Source of the DNA: Minisyncoccia bacterium
GTDB taxonomy: Bacteria; Patescibacteriota; Minisyncoccia; Phycocordibacterales; UBA9973
DNA length: 64,000 nt
Direction of reading: 5' to 3'
NCBI GenBank assembly: GCA_965656375.1
Contig: CBFHKH010000001.1
Span: 217,319 to 281,318, forward strand
Part shown: piece by piece, positions 48,972 through 59,251 of the stretch
How the letters are laid out: each line of letters opens with the position of its first letter
Position numbering within the stretch: the stretch's first letter is position 1
The notes under the pieces: generated by a model
What the model was told of the DNA's origin: nothing
The model's input: the letters and a program-made list of their open reading frames with translations, nothing else
The model's database searches: none
Position numbers and translations under genes: made by a program

Positions 48972-50387
48972 TTAGGATAATAATTCCTTTAAGATTTTCT
49001 GCACTAGTGCAGGGTTCGCACTACCGTTAGTTTCTTTCATAATTTGACCAACAAGAGACATGAGTGCGTTTTCTTTGCCGCCTTTGTATGTCGCTACAAC
49101 GGTAGGATTTGCATCAATTACTTTTTGTACTATCTCTGTAAGCGCACCTTCGTCATTTTTCTGAATTAAATCACGCTCGATGGCAATCTCCATCGGAGCC
49201 GTATCCTTTAGAACAATTATTCCGAGAATATCTTTTGCTGCACGTGATGACACAACACCATCAACAACCATGTTTATTAGCTGTGCGAAATTCTTGGGAG
49301 ATGGAAGGGATACTTCAGGGTTTGATTTTTTGAGACCAAGGTAATCTGAGGTAATGTAATTTGAGGCAGTTTTTATTTTCTCTGTACTAATAAGTAATGT
49401 AGCAACGTTTTCAAACCACATACCGAGCGACATATCTGTGACATAGCTCTCAATGTCTTCATCTTTGATGCCGTACTCGCTCTTATACCGAGTTCGCTTT
49501 ATAACCGGTAACTCTGGTAATTCGCTCTTTAGAGTTTCAATATCAAAAGCTTTGGAAAGATATAGTTTTGGTAGATCAGGATCCGGGAAGTATCGATAGT
49601 CATTTGCATTCTCCTTTGAGCGCTGCGAAAATGTCAATTGTTTGCTTTCATCCCACCCACGAGTTTCTTGAACTATTTCGTTTCCTCGCTCAGCATCAAG
49701 AAGTTCTGACATTCGTTTGATCTCATAGAGTGCAGCGCGCTCAACCGAACGAAATGAATTGATGTTTTTGACTTCAACTTTCGTACCAAATACTTCAGGG
49801 TTTTCAGAAATTGAAATATTAAGCTCAACACGCATCTGACCCTTTTCCATATTTGCTTCTGATACACCCAACGTGCGAAGCAAGAGCTGTAATTCACGTC
49901 CAAAATCCCCTGCTTCTTTTGCACTATGAATGACAGGCTCGGTTACAAGTTCCATAAGTGGAACACCAGCACGATTAAAATCAACGAGTGAATAGTTCCC
50001 TCTATCATGTTTATTATTTGCAGTATCTTCTTCGAGGTGCACGCGGGTGATCTTTACACCATTGAGTTCTCCGCCAGAAACGATCGGAAATTTATATTGG
50101 GATATCTGGTATGCCTTCGGTATATCTGGATAAAAATAATTTTTACGATCAAATTCGGTAAAATCTGCAATAGTAGCATTAAGCGCAAGACCAACTTTAA
50201 TAACGCTTTCAACCGCTTTTTTATTTATAACTGGGAGTGTCCCAGGGTGAGCCATACACACAGGACAGATATTTGTATTAGGGTTTTCTTCATCTGGGTT
50301 ATTTGCACAGCCGCAAAACATCTTGGAGTTTGTGTTGAGCTCCGCATGAACCTCGAGACCTATTGTTGTGTAGTATTCTTTTGACAT
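48972..50387 (-). CDS. gatB: Asp/Glu-tRNA amidotransferase subunit B
   Basis: IGLEVHAEL, RKNYFYPD and YRYFPDPD motifs; true start MSKEYY. Confidence 0.96.
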   Translation of the reverse strand: MSKEYYTTIGLEVHAELNTNSKMFCGCANNPDEENPNTNICPVCMAHPGTLPVINKKAVESVIKVGLALNATIADFTEFDRKNYFYPDIPKAYQISQYKFPIVSGGELNGVKITRVHLEEDTANNKHDRGNYSLVDFNRAGVPLMELVTEPVIHSAKEAGDFGRELQLLLRTLGVSEANMEKGQMRVELNISISENPEVFGTKVEVKNINSFRSVERAALYEIKRMSELLDAERGNEIVQETRGWDESKQLTFSQRSKENANDYRYFPDPDLPKLYLSKAFDIETLKSELPELPVIKRTRYKSEYGIKDEDIESYVTDMSLGMWFENVATLLISTEKIKTASNYITSDYLGLKKSNPEVSLPSPKNFAQLINMVVDGVVSSRAAKDILGIIVLKDTAPMEIAIERDLIQKNDEGALTEIVQKVIDANPTVVATYKGGKENALMSLVGQIMKETNGSANPALVQKILKELLS

Positions 50388-50399
50388 GGTTTTGTGTTT

Positions 50400-50526
50400 T
50401 GTTTGAGGTGAGAGTCTCGGCTTACCGCCGCTGGTATTTTTCACAAAGCAAAGCTTTATTGAAAAATCTTTCGACCCCCACACGCACATAAAGCAGTTTA
50501 TGTGCTCTCGCGCAAGCTTCGCTTGC
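50400..50526 (-). mobile_element. tRNA-3'-associated non-coding element, Leu copy
   Basis: Same scaffold as 34209-34336; 12-nt antisense to the Leu T-arm; degenerate tRNA 3' duplicate at 50400-50416. Mobility is inferred. Confidence 0.62.
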
Positions 50527-50611
50527 TGGTGCCCGAGGTGGGGGTCGAACCCACATCCCTTGCGAGACACGATTTTAAGTCGTGCGCGTATACCAATTCC
50601 GCCACTCGGGC
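50527..50611 (-). tRNA. tRNA-Leu(TAA), CCA encoded
   Basis: GCCCGAG acceptor; CACGA-CTTAAAA-TCGTG anticodon arm; long variable arm; GGTTCGAC; ACCA end. Confidence 0.96.
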
Positions 50612-50682
50612 ATATGTATGCTTACCTACAGAGGTAAATACTCTATGATAATTACATATTTTAAAGACTTTTACAACAAAAT

Positions 50683-51933
50683 TTACGGTTTTGGTAGATA
50701 GAGCATCGGATCTAAGTATGCATTGAGCGCAGCTATCGGTTGAGTGAATATTTTCCCATTGCAGCTTTTACTTGGCACAGTTTGTACTTTTACTCCATCT
50801 GATGCATACACTGCTACGTGCAAATGAGGCCCTGTCGATGATCCTGTGTTGCCAGAAAGAGCAACAGCATCGCCTGCCTCGACTCTTTGTCCTACCGTGG
50901 TAGAGATCACAGAAAGGTGTCCGTATGTACTAGAGAGGCCATTATCGTATTTAATAAACACCCATTTACCAAACGAAGCACCTTTACAAGCAACATCGGT
51001 ATCACCGGTACCCAGAACTACACCTGATGACATGGCCATAACTTTTGTACCAACAGATGCTCTGAAATCTGTACCATAGTGAAATTTACCCCACCTTGAT
51101 CCAAATGGTGAAGTGATTTTTATACTTTCAAGTGGCCACGAAAGCGCTCCGGTACCTTTTGATGGAAGTAGTTTTGGATTGAGGATAAATTTTAGCTCAG
51201 CTTCATATTGTTCCAAGGATTTTTCAAATTCATCTCGCTGCTTTTCTCGAGCGGCAAGAAGTTTTTTGTATTCTGATTCTTTATTTTTTGTTTCTTTTAG
51301 AAGTGTATCTTTTTCTTTCTTTGTGATATCGACTGCTTGCTTCTTTTGCAATAGCGTTTTTTTGAGAGTTGTTAGATTTTGCTGCTCACTCTCTTTCTTC
51401 TCTTTTGAAAGAGTGAGAGCCTTTTCCTTCTCAATCAAATCATTCACATAGGTATGGACCTTTTCATTAACGACCAGCAAGTTATTATATTCTCTACTGG
51501 CATCAGCAAGGTTATCTTGTGATAAAATCTTTTCAAAAAACTCCACTTCATCTCTACGATCAAGATCTCGGAATATCTGTCCTAGTAGTTCCTTGGATTC
51601 ATTGATAGATTTCTGCTCATCACGAATAGCAGTGTCGAGTGTTCCAATAACGAGAGATGTCGCTGTAATCTTTTTGTCAGTTGCCTGTGCTTCTTTTATT
51701 AGCTTATCACGCGTAAGTGTGAGCTCTTTGACATGGTTTGCAAGCGTTAGAGCCTGGCCACTAGTCTCTGTGATTTGAGTTTGGTATTTTGCGATCTCCT
51801 TATCAAGGGCTTGGATCTGACTATTTATATCATTAATCTGGCTTTGTACGCTCTCAGCTGTAGCTCCATAACCAAATTGCGGGAAAAACGTAGAAATCAA
51901 TAAAAATACTAAAAATAAAATAAATCCTCTCAT
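50683..51933 (-). CDS. Coiled-coil M23 peptidase (peptidoglycan endopeptidase)
   Basis: Signal peptide, coiled coil, HYGTD, YGHL and TGPHLH. Confidence 0.9.
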   Translation of the reverse strand: MRGFILFLVFLLISTFFPQFGYGATAESVQSQINDINSQIQALDKEIAKYQTQITETSGQALTLANHVKELTLTRDKLIKEAQATDKKITATSLVIGTLDTAIRDEQKSINESKELLGQIFRDLDRRDEVEFFEKILSQDNLADASREYNNLLVVNEKVHTYVNDLIEKEKALTLSKEKKESEQQNLTTLKKTLLQKKQAVDITKKEKDTLLKETKNKESEYKKLLAAREKQRDEFEKSLEQYEAELKFILNPKLLPSKGTGALSWPLESIKITSPFGSRWGKFHYGTDFRASVGTKVMAMSSGVVLGTGDTDVACKGASFGKWVFIKYDNGLSSTYGHLSVISTTVGQRVEAGDAVALSGNTGSSTGPHLHVAVYASDGVKVQTVPSKSCNGKIFTQPIAALNAYLDPMLYLPKP

Positions 51934-51949
51934 GTACGCTTATTATACC

Positions 51950-53431
51950 CTATTCTCGAAGTATTTTAACTGCGTTCTGTAATCGGGCAACTGTTTCTTC
52001 GTATCCAAGTATTTCAGAGAGGACAAAAGGATCTGGAGATTTGTCAGCTCCGGATAATGCATATCTAATCGGCCAAAGGATATCCCCACGACCAATTTCT
52101 TCTGCATACGGCCAGAGCATTTCTTTGATAGTTTCCTTTGTAAATTTATTAGGTTCTATTTGCTCAATAATTGAGATAGCTTTCTCTAGATATGAAGAGA
52201 GTGTGTCGTATTTTTTCCCTTCTTCTATTTTTGATGACTTGAAAAAAAGAGAATCTTTCTCATATTGAGGTCTCGTAAAGAAATATGTAAGCTCTCCAGA
52301 TTCTGCCATGTCTGTTATATCCTTTCCTTTATATATTCGTTCCATAATGATAGGCGTGATATTGTGCACAATAAGGTTTGTATACCCAGGCAAATTTTTA
52401 ATACTTTCTGGCAAGAATGTAACTATATATTCTTCTTGTTCCTCATATGAAAGTAATTTTAGATGTTCGCGATTTATCCAATCAAGTTTCTCAATATTAT
52501 ATCCTCCCCCAGAACGATGAATCCTTGAGAGATCAAATAATTGGACGAATTCTTCCGGCGTGAATATCTCACGATCATCTTCTGGACTCCAACCGATATA
52601 CGCAAGGAAATTTATCATAGCGTTCGGTAAATATCCTTCATCTCTGTATTCAAGTGTATCTTTTGCGCCATCTCGTTTGCCGAGCTTTTTTTTGCCACCT
52701 TCTGCCAATATTGGTGGGAGTGTTGCCATGTGTACCCGCTCTATTCCGAGTGCATCATAGAGAGCGAGAAACTTGGGAGTTGATGCTATGAATTCATCTG
52801 CTCGCATAATATGTGTGACTCCCATCTCTAAATCATCAATGATATGAGCAAAGTTATATGTTGGATAGCCATCGCTCTTCATTAAAATAAAATCATCGAG
52901 CGCCTCTTCACCTGCGGTGAGCTTGCCACGTGCATCGTCATACCATTCTGATTGTTTAATATCAACAATTTTTAAACGAAGTGGCATAGTTCCATCCCAG
53001 ATTGGCGGATTCTGGGGTCTGTGAGTACGATACAAAAATGGGCGCTTTTCTTCTTCAGCTTTTTTACGAAACATATCAAGCTCCGCCTGTGTGTACGGAT
53101 CAGCATATGCGAGCCCCTTCTCTACGAGGATTTGTGCGTATTTCTGATACGATCCGAGTCTTTGTGATTGAATATACGGAGCATGAGGCCCTCCAATATC
53201 TGGACCTTCATCCCAGGTAATACCAAGCCATCGGAGTGTTTCTATAATATGAGAAATTGAGCCCTCTACTTCACGAGCCTTGTCTGTATCTTCAATGCGA
53301 AGAATAAATGTTCCATTATTTTTGCGAGCGTATGCCCAGGCATAGAGAGCAGTACGAACCCCGCCAATATGCATATATCCCGTAGGACTCGGAGCAAAAC
53401 GTGTAACAATTTTTTTTGTATTTGTGTCCAT
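51950..53431 (-). CDS. gltX: Glutamate--tRNA ligase
   Basis: RFAPSPTG, HIGG and KLGKR motifs. Confidence 0.96.
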   Translation of the reverse strand: MDTNTKKIVTRFAPSPTGYMHIGGVRTALYAWAYARKNNGTFILRIEDTDKAREVEGSISHIIETLRWLGITWDEGPDIGGPHAPYIQSQRLGSYQKYAQILVEKGLAYADPYTQAELDMFRKKAEEEKRPFLYRTHRPQNPPIWDGTMPLRLKIVDIKQSEWYDDARGKLTAGEEALDDFILMKSDGYPTYNFAHIIDDLEMGVTHIMRADEFIASTPKFLALYDALGIERVHMATLPPILAEGGKKKLGKRDGAKDTLEYRDEGYLPNAMINFLAYIGWSPEDDREIFTPEEFVQLFDLSRIHRSGGGYNIEKLDWINREHLKLLSYEEQEEYIVTFLPESIKNLPGYTNLIVHNITPIIMERIYKGKDITDMAESGELTYFFTRPQYEKDSLFFKSSKIEEGKKYDTLSSYLEKAISIIEQIEPNKFTKETIKEMLWPYAEEIGRGDILWPIRYALSGADKSPDPFVLSEILGYEETVARLQNAVKILRE

Positions 53432-53434
53432 ATA

Positions 53435-54562
53435 CTATGATTCGTGGCTAACAGCAATATCAAGCGCAGCACGTGCAATTTTTTCAGCCGCATCAGGCGT
53501 TGCAAATTGAAGGGCACTATTTTTCATCTGTGCTAACTTACTGCTATCATTCATAAGTTTATCAATCTCTGCAACGAGTAGATGCGGGCTCAGGTTACTC
53601 TCCTCGATCACCTCACACGCACCACTTCGAGCATAACTATATGCATTTTTCCTCTGGTGATCACCATTTGAATTTGTAATTGGAATGAGTATTGATGGCA
53701 CACCCCATGAGGCAATTTCAAATATTGATGATCCTGCTCGCGAAATAATAAGTGTCGCTACTCCAGCTGCCATGCGAGTTGCTAAGTTATTGAGATAGGG
53801 CATCGCGCTATAGCGCGCACTGTTAGGATTATTTTCTAAAACGAGTTTAGAACGAGATACGACATCATCATAGAGTCCTGTCCCTGTCTGATGTATGACT
53901 TGATACCGCGTGAGGATGAGCGGCAAGATTTCAATAATCATATCATTTATCTTTTGTGCCCCACTTGATCCACCTACAACGTATATCACTGGTAAATCCG
54001 ACGTAAGTTTAAAGAAGTCATGAGCGCCATTTGAATCGCCATGAAGAATCGCTTTTCGAATCGGCTGACCAGAGAGCGCTGTTTTATCTTTTGGAAGAAA
54101 AGCAGCAGCTTCAGGCCACGAGACCGCCACACGTTTTGCAAATTTAGCAGTCCAAAGATTAAGTCTTCCCGGACTTGAATCTGATTCATGAACGATAACA
54201 GGAATTCGTAGTAGTCGAGCAGCAAAGACTGCAGGAAAAGCTGCGTATCCTCCTTTTGAAATTACAACATCTGGGTAGATAAAAAACACAGTGAGTAATC
54301 CAAAGAAGGCTCCGATTGCTGTCGTGAACATATCAAAAAAATTTCTTAGAGATCTGTATGTGCGCAGTTTTCCAGAAGGAATCTGTACATACGTAATGCT
54401 ATTTTCAAAAAGCATACGTTTATCGTATGGACTATCTGACATGTAGTAGAGCTTAAGGCTGATTATCTTTTGTTCCCGAGCACATTCATTCAATTTCTCT
54501 GCAATTGCAATGAGTGGATAGAAATGTCCACCGGTACCGCCTCCTGTTAGCATGATCTTCAT
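53435..54562 (-). CDS. murG: UDP-GlcNAc:lipid I transferase
   Basis: GGGTGGH, KGGY, GGSSG, SRAG and HQRKNA motifs. Confidence 0.95.
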   Translation of the reverse strand: MKIMLTGGGTGGHFYPLIAIAEKLNECAREQKIISLKLYYMSDSPYDKRMLFENSITYVQIPSGKLRTYRSLRNFFDMFTTAIGAFFGLLTVFFIYPDVVISKGGYAAFPAVFAARLLRIPVIVHESDSSPGRLNLWTAKFAKRVAVSWPEAAAFLPKDKTALSGQPIRKAILHGDSNGAHDFFKLTSDLPVIYVVGGSSGAQKINDMIIEILPLILTRYQVIHQTGTGLYDDVVSRSKLVLENNPNSARYSAMPYLNNLATRMAAGVATLIISRAGSSIFEIASWGVPSILIPITNSNGDHQRKNAYSYARSGACEVIEESNLSPHLLVAEIDKLMNDSSKLAQMKNSALQFATPDAAEKIARAALDIAVSHES

Positions 54563-54587
54563 ATCTCGTATTGTAGCCTATTTCCTA

Positions 54588-55721
54588 TTACTTTTCTAGC
54601 CTTCCCACTGATGTATCCGATTTTGATTTGGCCTGCGAGCGCGAGATGTTGAGCACAATACCCATTGTTCCAAGCGAAAGAAGTAAAGCGGTACCTCCGT
54701 GGCTTATAAAAACAAGAGGTACTCCAGTAAGTGGAAAAACTCCAATAATTGACGCCATATTCATGAATGACTGCGCGGTTATCATTGTAATAGTACCGAT
54801 AACGAATAATTTAGAAAAGGAATCAGGCGCATGGTATCCGATACGATATCCCCGTAAAGTAAACGCGATAAATAGACAAATGAGGAGTACCGCACCTATA
54901 AACCCGAGTTCCTCTCCTACTACAGCAAAAATTGAATCGCCTTGCGGTTCGGGCAAATAATTGAACTTTTGAATGCTTTGTCCGAGACCTCTTCCAAATG
55001 TTCCACCTGAACCTATCGCAATAAGCGACTGTTGGAGCTGATATGATGAGCCAGTTGAATCACGGCTCGGATGTAGGAATGTTGTGACTCGATCCATGAG
55101 ATACGGCTTAAAAAATGCAAGGACGATAAATGCAAGGATGCTCACTCCTAGCATACCAAGAATATATTTCCACGGAGTGCCTGAAACAAATAGCATAACA
55201 AGAGCAGATACAGTAATGAGTATCAAACTCTTCGTATCTGGCTGCTTTAAAAGAACAATTGCGATTATTCCAAGGAGAACTGAGAGCGGGAGTAAACTGA
55301 AGCGAATGTCACGTATTCTACCCTTTGCCCACGACAGCCACGCAGCAAAATATATCAAGAATCCAATTTTTAGAAACTCTACTGGCTGGAACGACACTCC
55401 GAAAATATTAATCCACCGACGTGCTCCTCCATGACTCGAGCCGAGCTGAGGAACAAATACAAGAAGTGTTAACCCTATCGAAACTATAAAAAGAGGTAAA
55501 GAATACTGCCTCCAAAATTTGTACGGAATGCGAAGTCCAAAGTAGAGTGCGACAAAACCTCCACAAAGTCCAAAGACGAATTGATTGAATATGACTCCAT
55601 AAAATTTTGATTCATTACGTGCCAGAATTCCCAAAGAAGCTGAAGTAAACATAATAACGCCTACCAAGACAAGTGCGATTATAATTCCAAAGAAAATTTT
55701 ATCTATTCCCTTCTTTTTCAT
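54588..55721 (-). CDS. ftsW: SEDS peptidoglycan polymerase FtsW
   Basis: GARRW, FQPVE, QPD, GEELGF and PLVFISHGG motifs; lies between mraY and murG. Confidence 0.92.
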   Translation of the reverse strand: MKKKGIDKIFFGIIIALVLVGVIMFTSASLGILARNESKFYGVIFNQFVFGLCGGFVALYFGLRIPYKFWRQYSLPLFIVSIGLTLLVFVPQLGSSHGGARRWINIFGVSFQPVEFLKIGFLIYFAAWLSWAKGRIRDIRFSLLPLSVLLGIIAIVLLKQPDTKSLILITVSALVMLFVSGTPWKYILGMLGVSILAFIVLAFFKPYLMDRVTTFLHPSRDSTGSSYQLQQSLIAIGSGGTFGRGLGQSIQKFNYLPEPQGDSIFAVVGEELGFIGAVLLICLFIAFTLRGYRIGYHAPDSFSKLFVIGTITMITAQSFMNMASIIGVFPLTGVPLVFISHGGTALLLSLGTMGIVLNISRSQAKSKSDTSVGRLEK

Positions 55722-56770
55722 TAGTCGATAAGCGAAATTACAACACCAATAATTGCCGTTATGATTCCTACTACCCAATACCGCATTGTGACTTTGTATT
55801 TTGGCCAGCCACGAGCTTCAAAATGGTGATGAAGTGGTGCAAAAAGAAATACTTTTTTCCCATTCCGCAATCTCCGTGAGGCCATCTGAATAATGGTTGA
55901 AAGTGCAGTAATAAAAAGTGGAAATGCTATTATTGGTAACAATAAGACTGTATTGGTAAGAAATGCGACTACAGAAAGTGTAACAGTGAGTCCTATCATT
56001 CCAGTTTCGCCCATATAAAAGCGAGCTGGCGGAATATTGAACCACAAAAATGCAAGTACACCGCCAGTAATTACCGCACAAAATGCAGCGAGATCTATCT
56101 GATTGTTGAAAAATGCGATGAGTGTATATGCGCCAAAGATCGAAGAAAGAACGCCTCCAGATAGTCCATCAAGCCCATCAATAACGCTCGATGACCATAC
56201 TCCAAGCATGATAAGAATAAAAAATGGAATGAATACATATCCGAGTGATATAAACCCAAACCAGGGTATATAGAGTTCTGATATCCCAAGCTTTGCATAG
56301 AACCACCATCCAATAATAAGACCGAGGATAAGAATGATGCATATTTTAATATAACGCAATCGTATTGGATCAGTAGTCCATTTACCACGACCCCAAATCT
56401 GGAGAAAATCATCAGCAAGACCGATGAGAGATGCCATAAGGAGCGTAAATAGCGGAAGCACCGTTTGATTACGACTAATAAAATAAAGTTTTGTTGTCAG
56501 CGTATTGTGGAAAAATGCGTCAATAAAACCAAAAATAAATATAGCTATGATTACCGACACCCATACAATCATTCCTCCTGTGCGAGGAGTAGCGATCTCT
56601 GATATTCCATCATGAATTGTTTGAAATGATCCTTTTGGAACATTATCATTACGAGATGTTCTTCTCCACATCTTATATTTATAGAAATAATGAGTTGCTA
56701 CAGGAGTAAGCAGTATACCGATCAAAAACGTACCTATTGCAGGCAAAAAAATCTTAAGAGAATTAGTCAT
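55721..56770 (-). CDS. mraY: Phospho-MurNAc-pentapeptide transferase
   Basis: TPRTGG, GLADD, DGLDGL and APLHHHFE motifs. Confidence 0.94.
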   Translation of the reverse strand: MTNSLKIFLPAIGTFLIGILLTPVATHYFYKYKMWRRTSRNDNVPKGSFQTIHDGISEIATPRTGGMIVWVSVIIAIFIFGFIDAFFHNTLTTKLYFISRNQTVLPLFTLLMASLIGLADDFLQIWGRGKWTTDPIRLRYIKICIILILGLIIGWWFYAKLGISELYIPWFGFISLGYVFIPFFILIMLGVWSSSVIDGLDGLSGGVLSSIFGAYTLIAFFNNQIDLAAFCAVITGGVLAFLWFNIPPARFYMGETGMIGLTVTLSVVAFLTNTVLLLPIIAFPLFITALSTIIQMASRRLRNGKKVFLFAPLHHHFEARGWPKYKVTMRYWVVGIITAIIGVVISLID

Positions 56771-57305
56771 TTGAATTTTCTATCTGGCCAATAACAAGGT
56801 CAAGTTCCTTTTTTACTTGTGCATAATTTGGCAAAAGATCTATAGCGGTTACGCCCATGTATGAAAGCGCCTGAAATGTTGGTCGGTAGAGCATACGTCT
56901 ACTATCTTTCTTATCAACTACTTTTTCGACAAGTCCTCGAACAAGTAAATTGCGGATAATGAAACTAGAATTCACTCCCCTAATATAATCAACTTCACTT
57001 CGAGAGACGCCATTCTTATAGAGGATAATTGACAATGTTTCAAGCGATGCCTTTGAAAGCTCTTTTGTGATCTCTTCTTTTCGAATTGACTCGATCAGTG
57101 GACCAAGTTCACCAGTGATTCCAAGCACAACTGCATCATCTTTTCTAACAAGTACAAGTCCACGACCTACAAGTGATTGCTCGAGTTTTATTAACGCATT
57201 CTCTACCTCTTCAACGGTCACTTTTAAAAGTTCAGCAAGTTTTACTAGAGATACTTCTTCTCCTTTGTAAAAAAGGAATCCTTCAATTTTTGATTCTAAT
57301 TCCAT
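56763..57305 (-). CDS. scpB: Segregation/condensation protein B
   Basis: LSKASLETLSIILY; IRGVNS. Confidence 0.93.
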   Translation of the reverse strand: MELESKIEGFLFYKGEEVSLVKLAELLKVTVEEVENALIKLEQSLVGRGLVLVRKDDAVVLGITGELGPLIESIRKEEITKELSKASLETLSIILYKNGVSRSEVDYIRGVNSSFIIRNLLVRGLVEKVVDKKDSRRMLYRPTFQALSYMGVTAIDLLPNYAQVKKELDLVIGQIENSND

Positions 57306-57312
57306 ATTCTTT

Positions 57313-58083
57313 CTATATTGTAGTTACTATTTTTTCTTGCTTCTTCATTTCTATATCACCAAACGAAGCGCTTTGGATAACATCAATGATGCCTTCACGG
57401 ACTAATTCTAGCATAGCAAGGAACGAAACGATAACTGTGACTTTTATTTCTTCTTTCGTCTCCCCACCTTGTCCTTTTGAAAATTCTTTGAATGAAAGGT
57501 TGAGTGCACCTTGGATTCGATCGGTAAGATTAGTAATCATCTCATCAATGTTAATGACTTTTCGTACTTCTACTTCTGGTAACATTTCTTTCTTTTTTGG
57601 CAGATTGGTCAGAACATCTAAAATAGATGAACTCATTGTGGAGACTGTTATAGAAGGATCGGGTGAAAAAATTGGGTCTGACCACACACGTTCACTTGGC
57701 TGAAATAGTATGTGAGTTCCAAAATTATTTTTTATATCTACGCTTGCATTTTTAATGATCTGATAGAGTTTTAATCGCTTTTCAAGATCAGTAATATTTG
57801 CTTCTTCATCCTCTGTCAGTGTAAGGCTCGGCAAGAGAGATTTTGATTTGATCAATATAAGCGTTGCAGCAATCAAAATAAAATATGATACGTCGGCAAT
57901 ACGTTTTGTATTGTCCATATTTTCAAATGACTTTATATATCCGATGTAGTCATTCGTTACTTCCGCAAGCGAGATTTCATTTACAAAAAGTTTGCGCTCC
58001 TCGATAAGCGAAAGCAAAAGCTCAAGTGGTCCCTCAAATGAGCTTGTTTTTACTTTGTAACCAACTGCCTCGCTATCTACCAT
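57313..58083 (-). CDS. scpA: Segregation/condensation protein A
   Basis: FEGPLELLL, IKSKSLLP and FLAMLEL motifs. Confidence 0.93.
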   Translation of the reverse strand: MVDSEAVGYKVKTSSFEGPLELLLSLIEERKLFVNEISLAEVTNDYIGYIKSFENMDNTKRIADVSYFILIAATLILIKSKSLLPSLTLTEDEEANITDLEKRLKLYQIIKNASVDIKNNFGTHILFQPSERVWSDPIFSPDPSITVSTMSSSILDVLTNLPKKKEMLPEVEVRKVINIDEMITNLTDRIQGALNLSFKEFSKGQGGETKEEIKVTVIVSFLAMLELVREGIIDVIQSASFGDIEMKKQEKIVTTI

Positions 58084-58203
58084 TGGTTCATTCTAGCTAA
58101 TTTAAACTTAAAAATAAAGATAGTGGTGTCTTGCATATTTGCATAATACTGGTACAATTTTGCTTAAGTTCATACTTTTACAATCACCATTAAAACTACT
58201 ATT

Positions 58204-58758
58204 ATGTACACGTTAATAAATTTCAACCATCTCGTTGATAATGATCTTGCTCTTTTGTTCGAAAAAGGAAACGATCTTGCATTCAACACTATTTTTGCAC
58301 GATACAATGAGTTTCTTACGTTATATATTATGAAATTTTGTTCTTGCAACAAAGAAACAGCGGAAGATCTTGCACAAGAGACGTTTTTAAAGACATCTTG
58401 TGCGCTGCGTAAAGGCCAATACCGAGGAGAGAATTTTAAAGGTTGGCTGTTTACCATCGCAAAAAATACAACTTCTCGATATTTTAGTAAGTTAAAATTG
58501 AAACTTACGCTAAGAAGTGATTTTAGCAATACTGAGTACCCATGCTTTAGTACTCCAGAGGTTATTTTTCTGGAAAAAGAAAAGTTCGAACTGTTGTACA
58601 GAGATATTGATTCTTTACCAAAAGATAATAGTAAATTATTGAGATTGCGTTTAGAAAATTTTTCATTCGTACAGATCAAAAAAATGACAGGCATGAATGA
58701 AAACACAATTAAAGCTATCATTTACAGATTTGCAGATAGATATAAAATAGCAAACTAA
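58204..58758 (+). CDS. Divergent ECF sigma factor-like protein
   Basis: AEDLAQETFLK, FKGWLFTIAKN; region-4-like C-terminus. Confidence 0.8.
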   Translation: MYTLINFNHLVDNDLALLFEKGNDLAFNTIFARYNEFLTLYIMKFCSCNKETAEDLAQETFLKTSCALRKGQYRGENFKGWLFTIAKNTTSRYFSKLKLKLTLRSDFSNTEYPCFSTPEVIFLEKEKFELLYRDIDSLPKDNSKLLRLRLENFSFVQIKKMTGMNENTIKAIIYRFADRYKIAN

Positions 58759-58795
58759 CACTGCATAAAATTTTTAAAAAGCTGAAGAAATTTCT

Positions 58796-59248
58796 TCAGC
58801 TTTTTATCTTATCTCTAATTTTTGCAAGCCATGCATCATCAGCTCTTTCATAATCGTGTGAAGAAATGTACCCTTCGTATATATCGAAAAATTTATGAGG
58901 CTTACCTACGCGCTCTTTCCATTCTTCATCTTTGGTTCCATGCATTGGGAATAGCTTTGCATGTACATGATTTACACCAAACCCTTCAAAAATCATCCCG
59001 GTCCGGCCAACATCCTCGAGTTTTTCATCAAGCAACTTTCCAACACTTTTAGCTGCGATGACTAAGTTTACAAGAATTGTATCTGGCAGATTAAAAGCAT
59101 AGCTATCGTAATGTTCCTTTGTAATTACAACAGTAAATCCCTCTGTATTAGGAAAAATTGATAAAAACGCAAGGTGCTTTTCGTCTTCCCATATCTTGTA
59201 GGAAGGAGCCTCCCCGTTTATGATTTTACAAAAAATACAGTCGTCCAT
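58796..59248 (-). CDS. HIT family protein
   Basis: CIFCKI; HVHAK variant of the histidine triad. Confidence 0.88.
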   Translation of the reverse strand: MDDCIFCKIINGEAPSYKIWEDEKHLAFLSIFPNTEGFTVVITKEHYDSYAFNLPDTILVNLVIAAKSVGKLLDEKLEDVGRTGMIFEGFGVNHVHAKLFPMHGTKDEEWKERVGKPHKFFDIYEGYISSHDYERADDAWLAKIRDKIKS

Positions 59249-59251
59249 TGT

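Noticed and set aside
50388-50570. 61-aa N-terminal extension of GatB in the ORF track
   Set aside because: It runs through tRNA-Leu and the tRNA-associated element; GatB homology starts at 50387.
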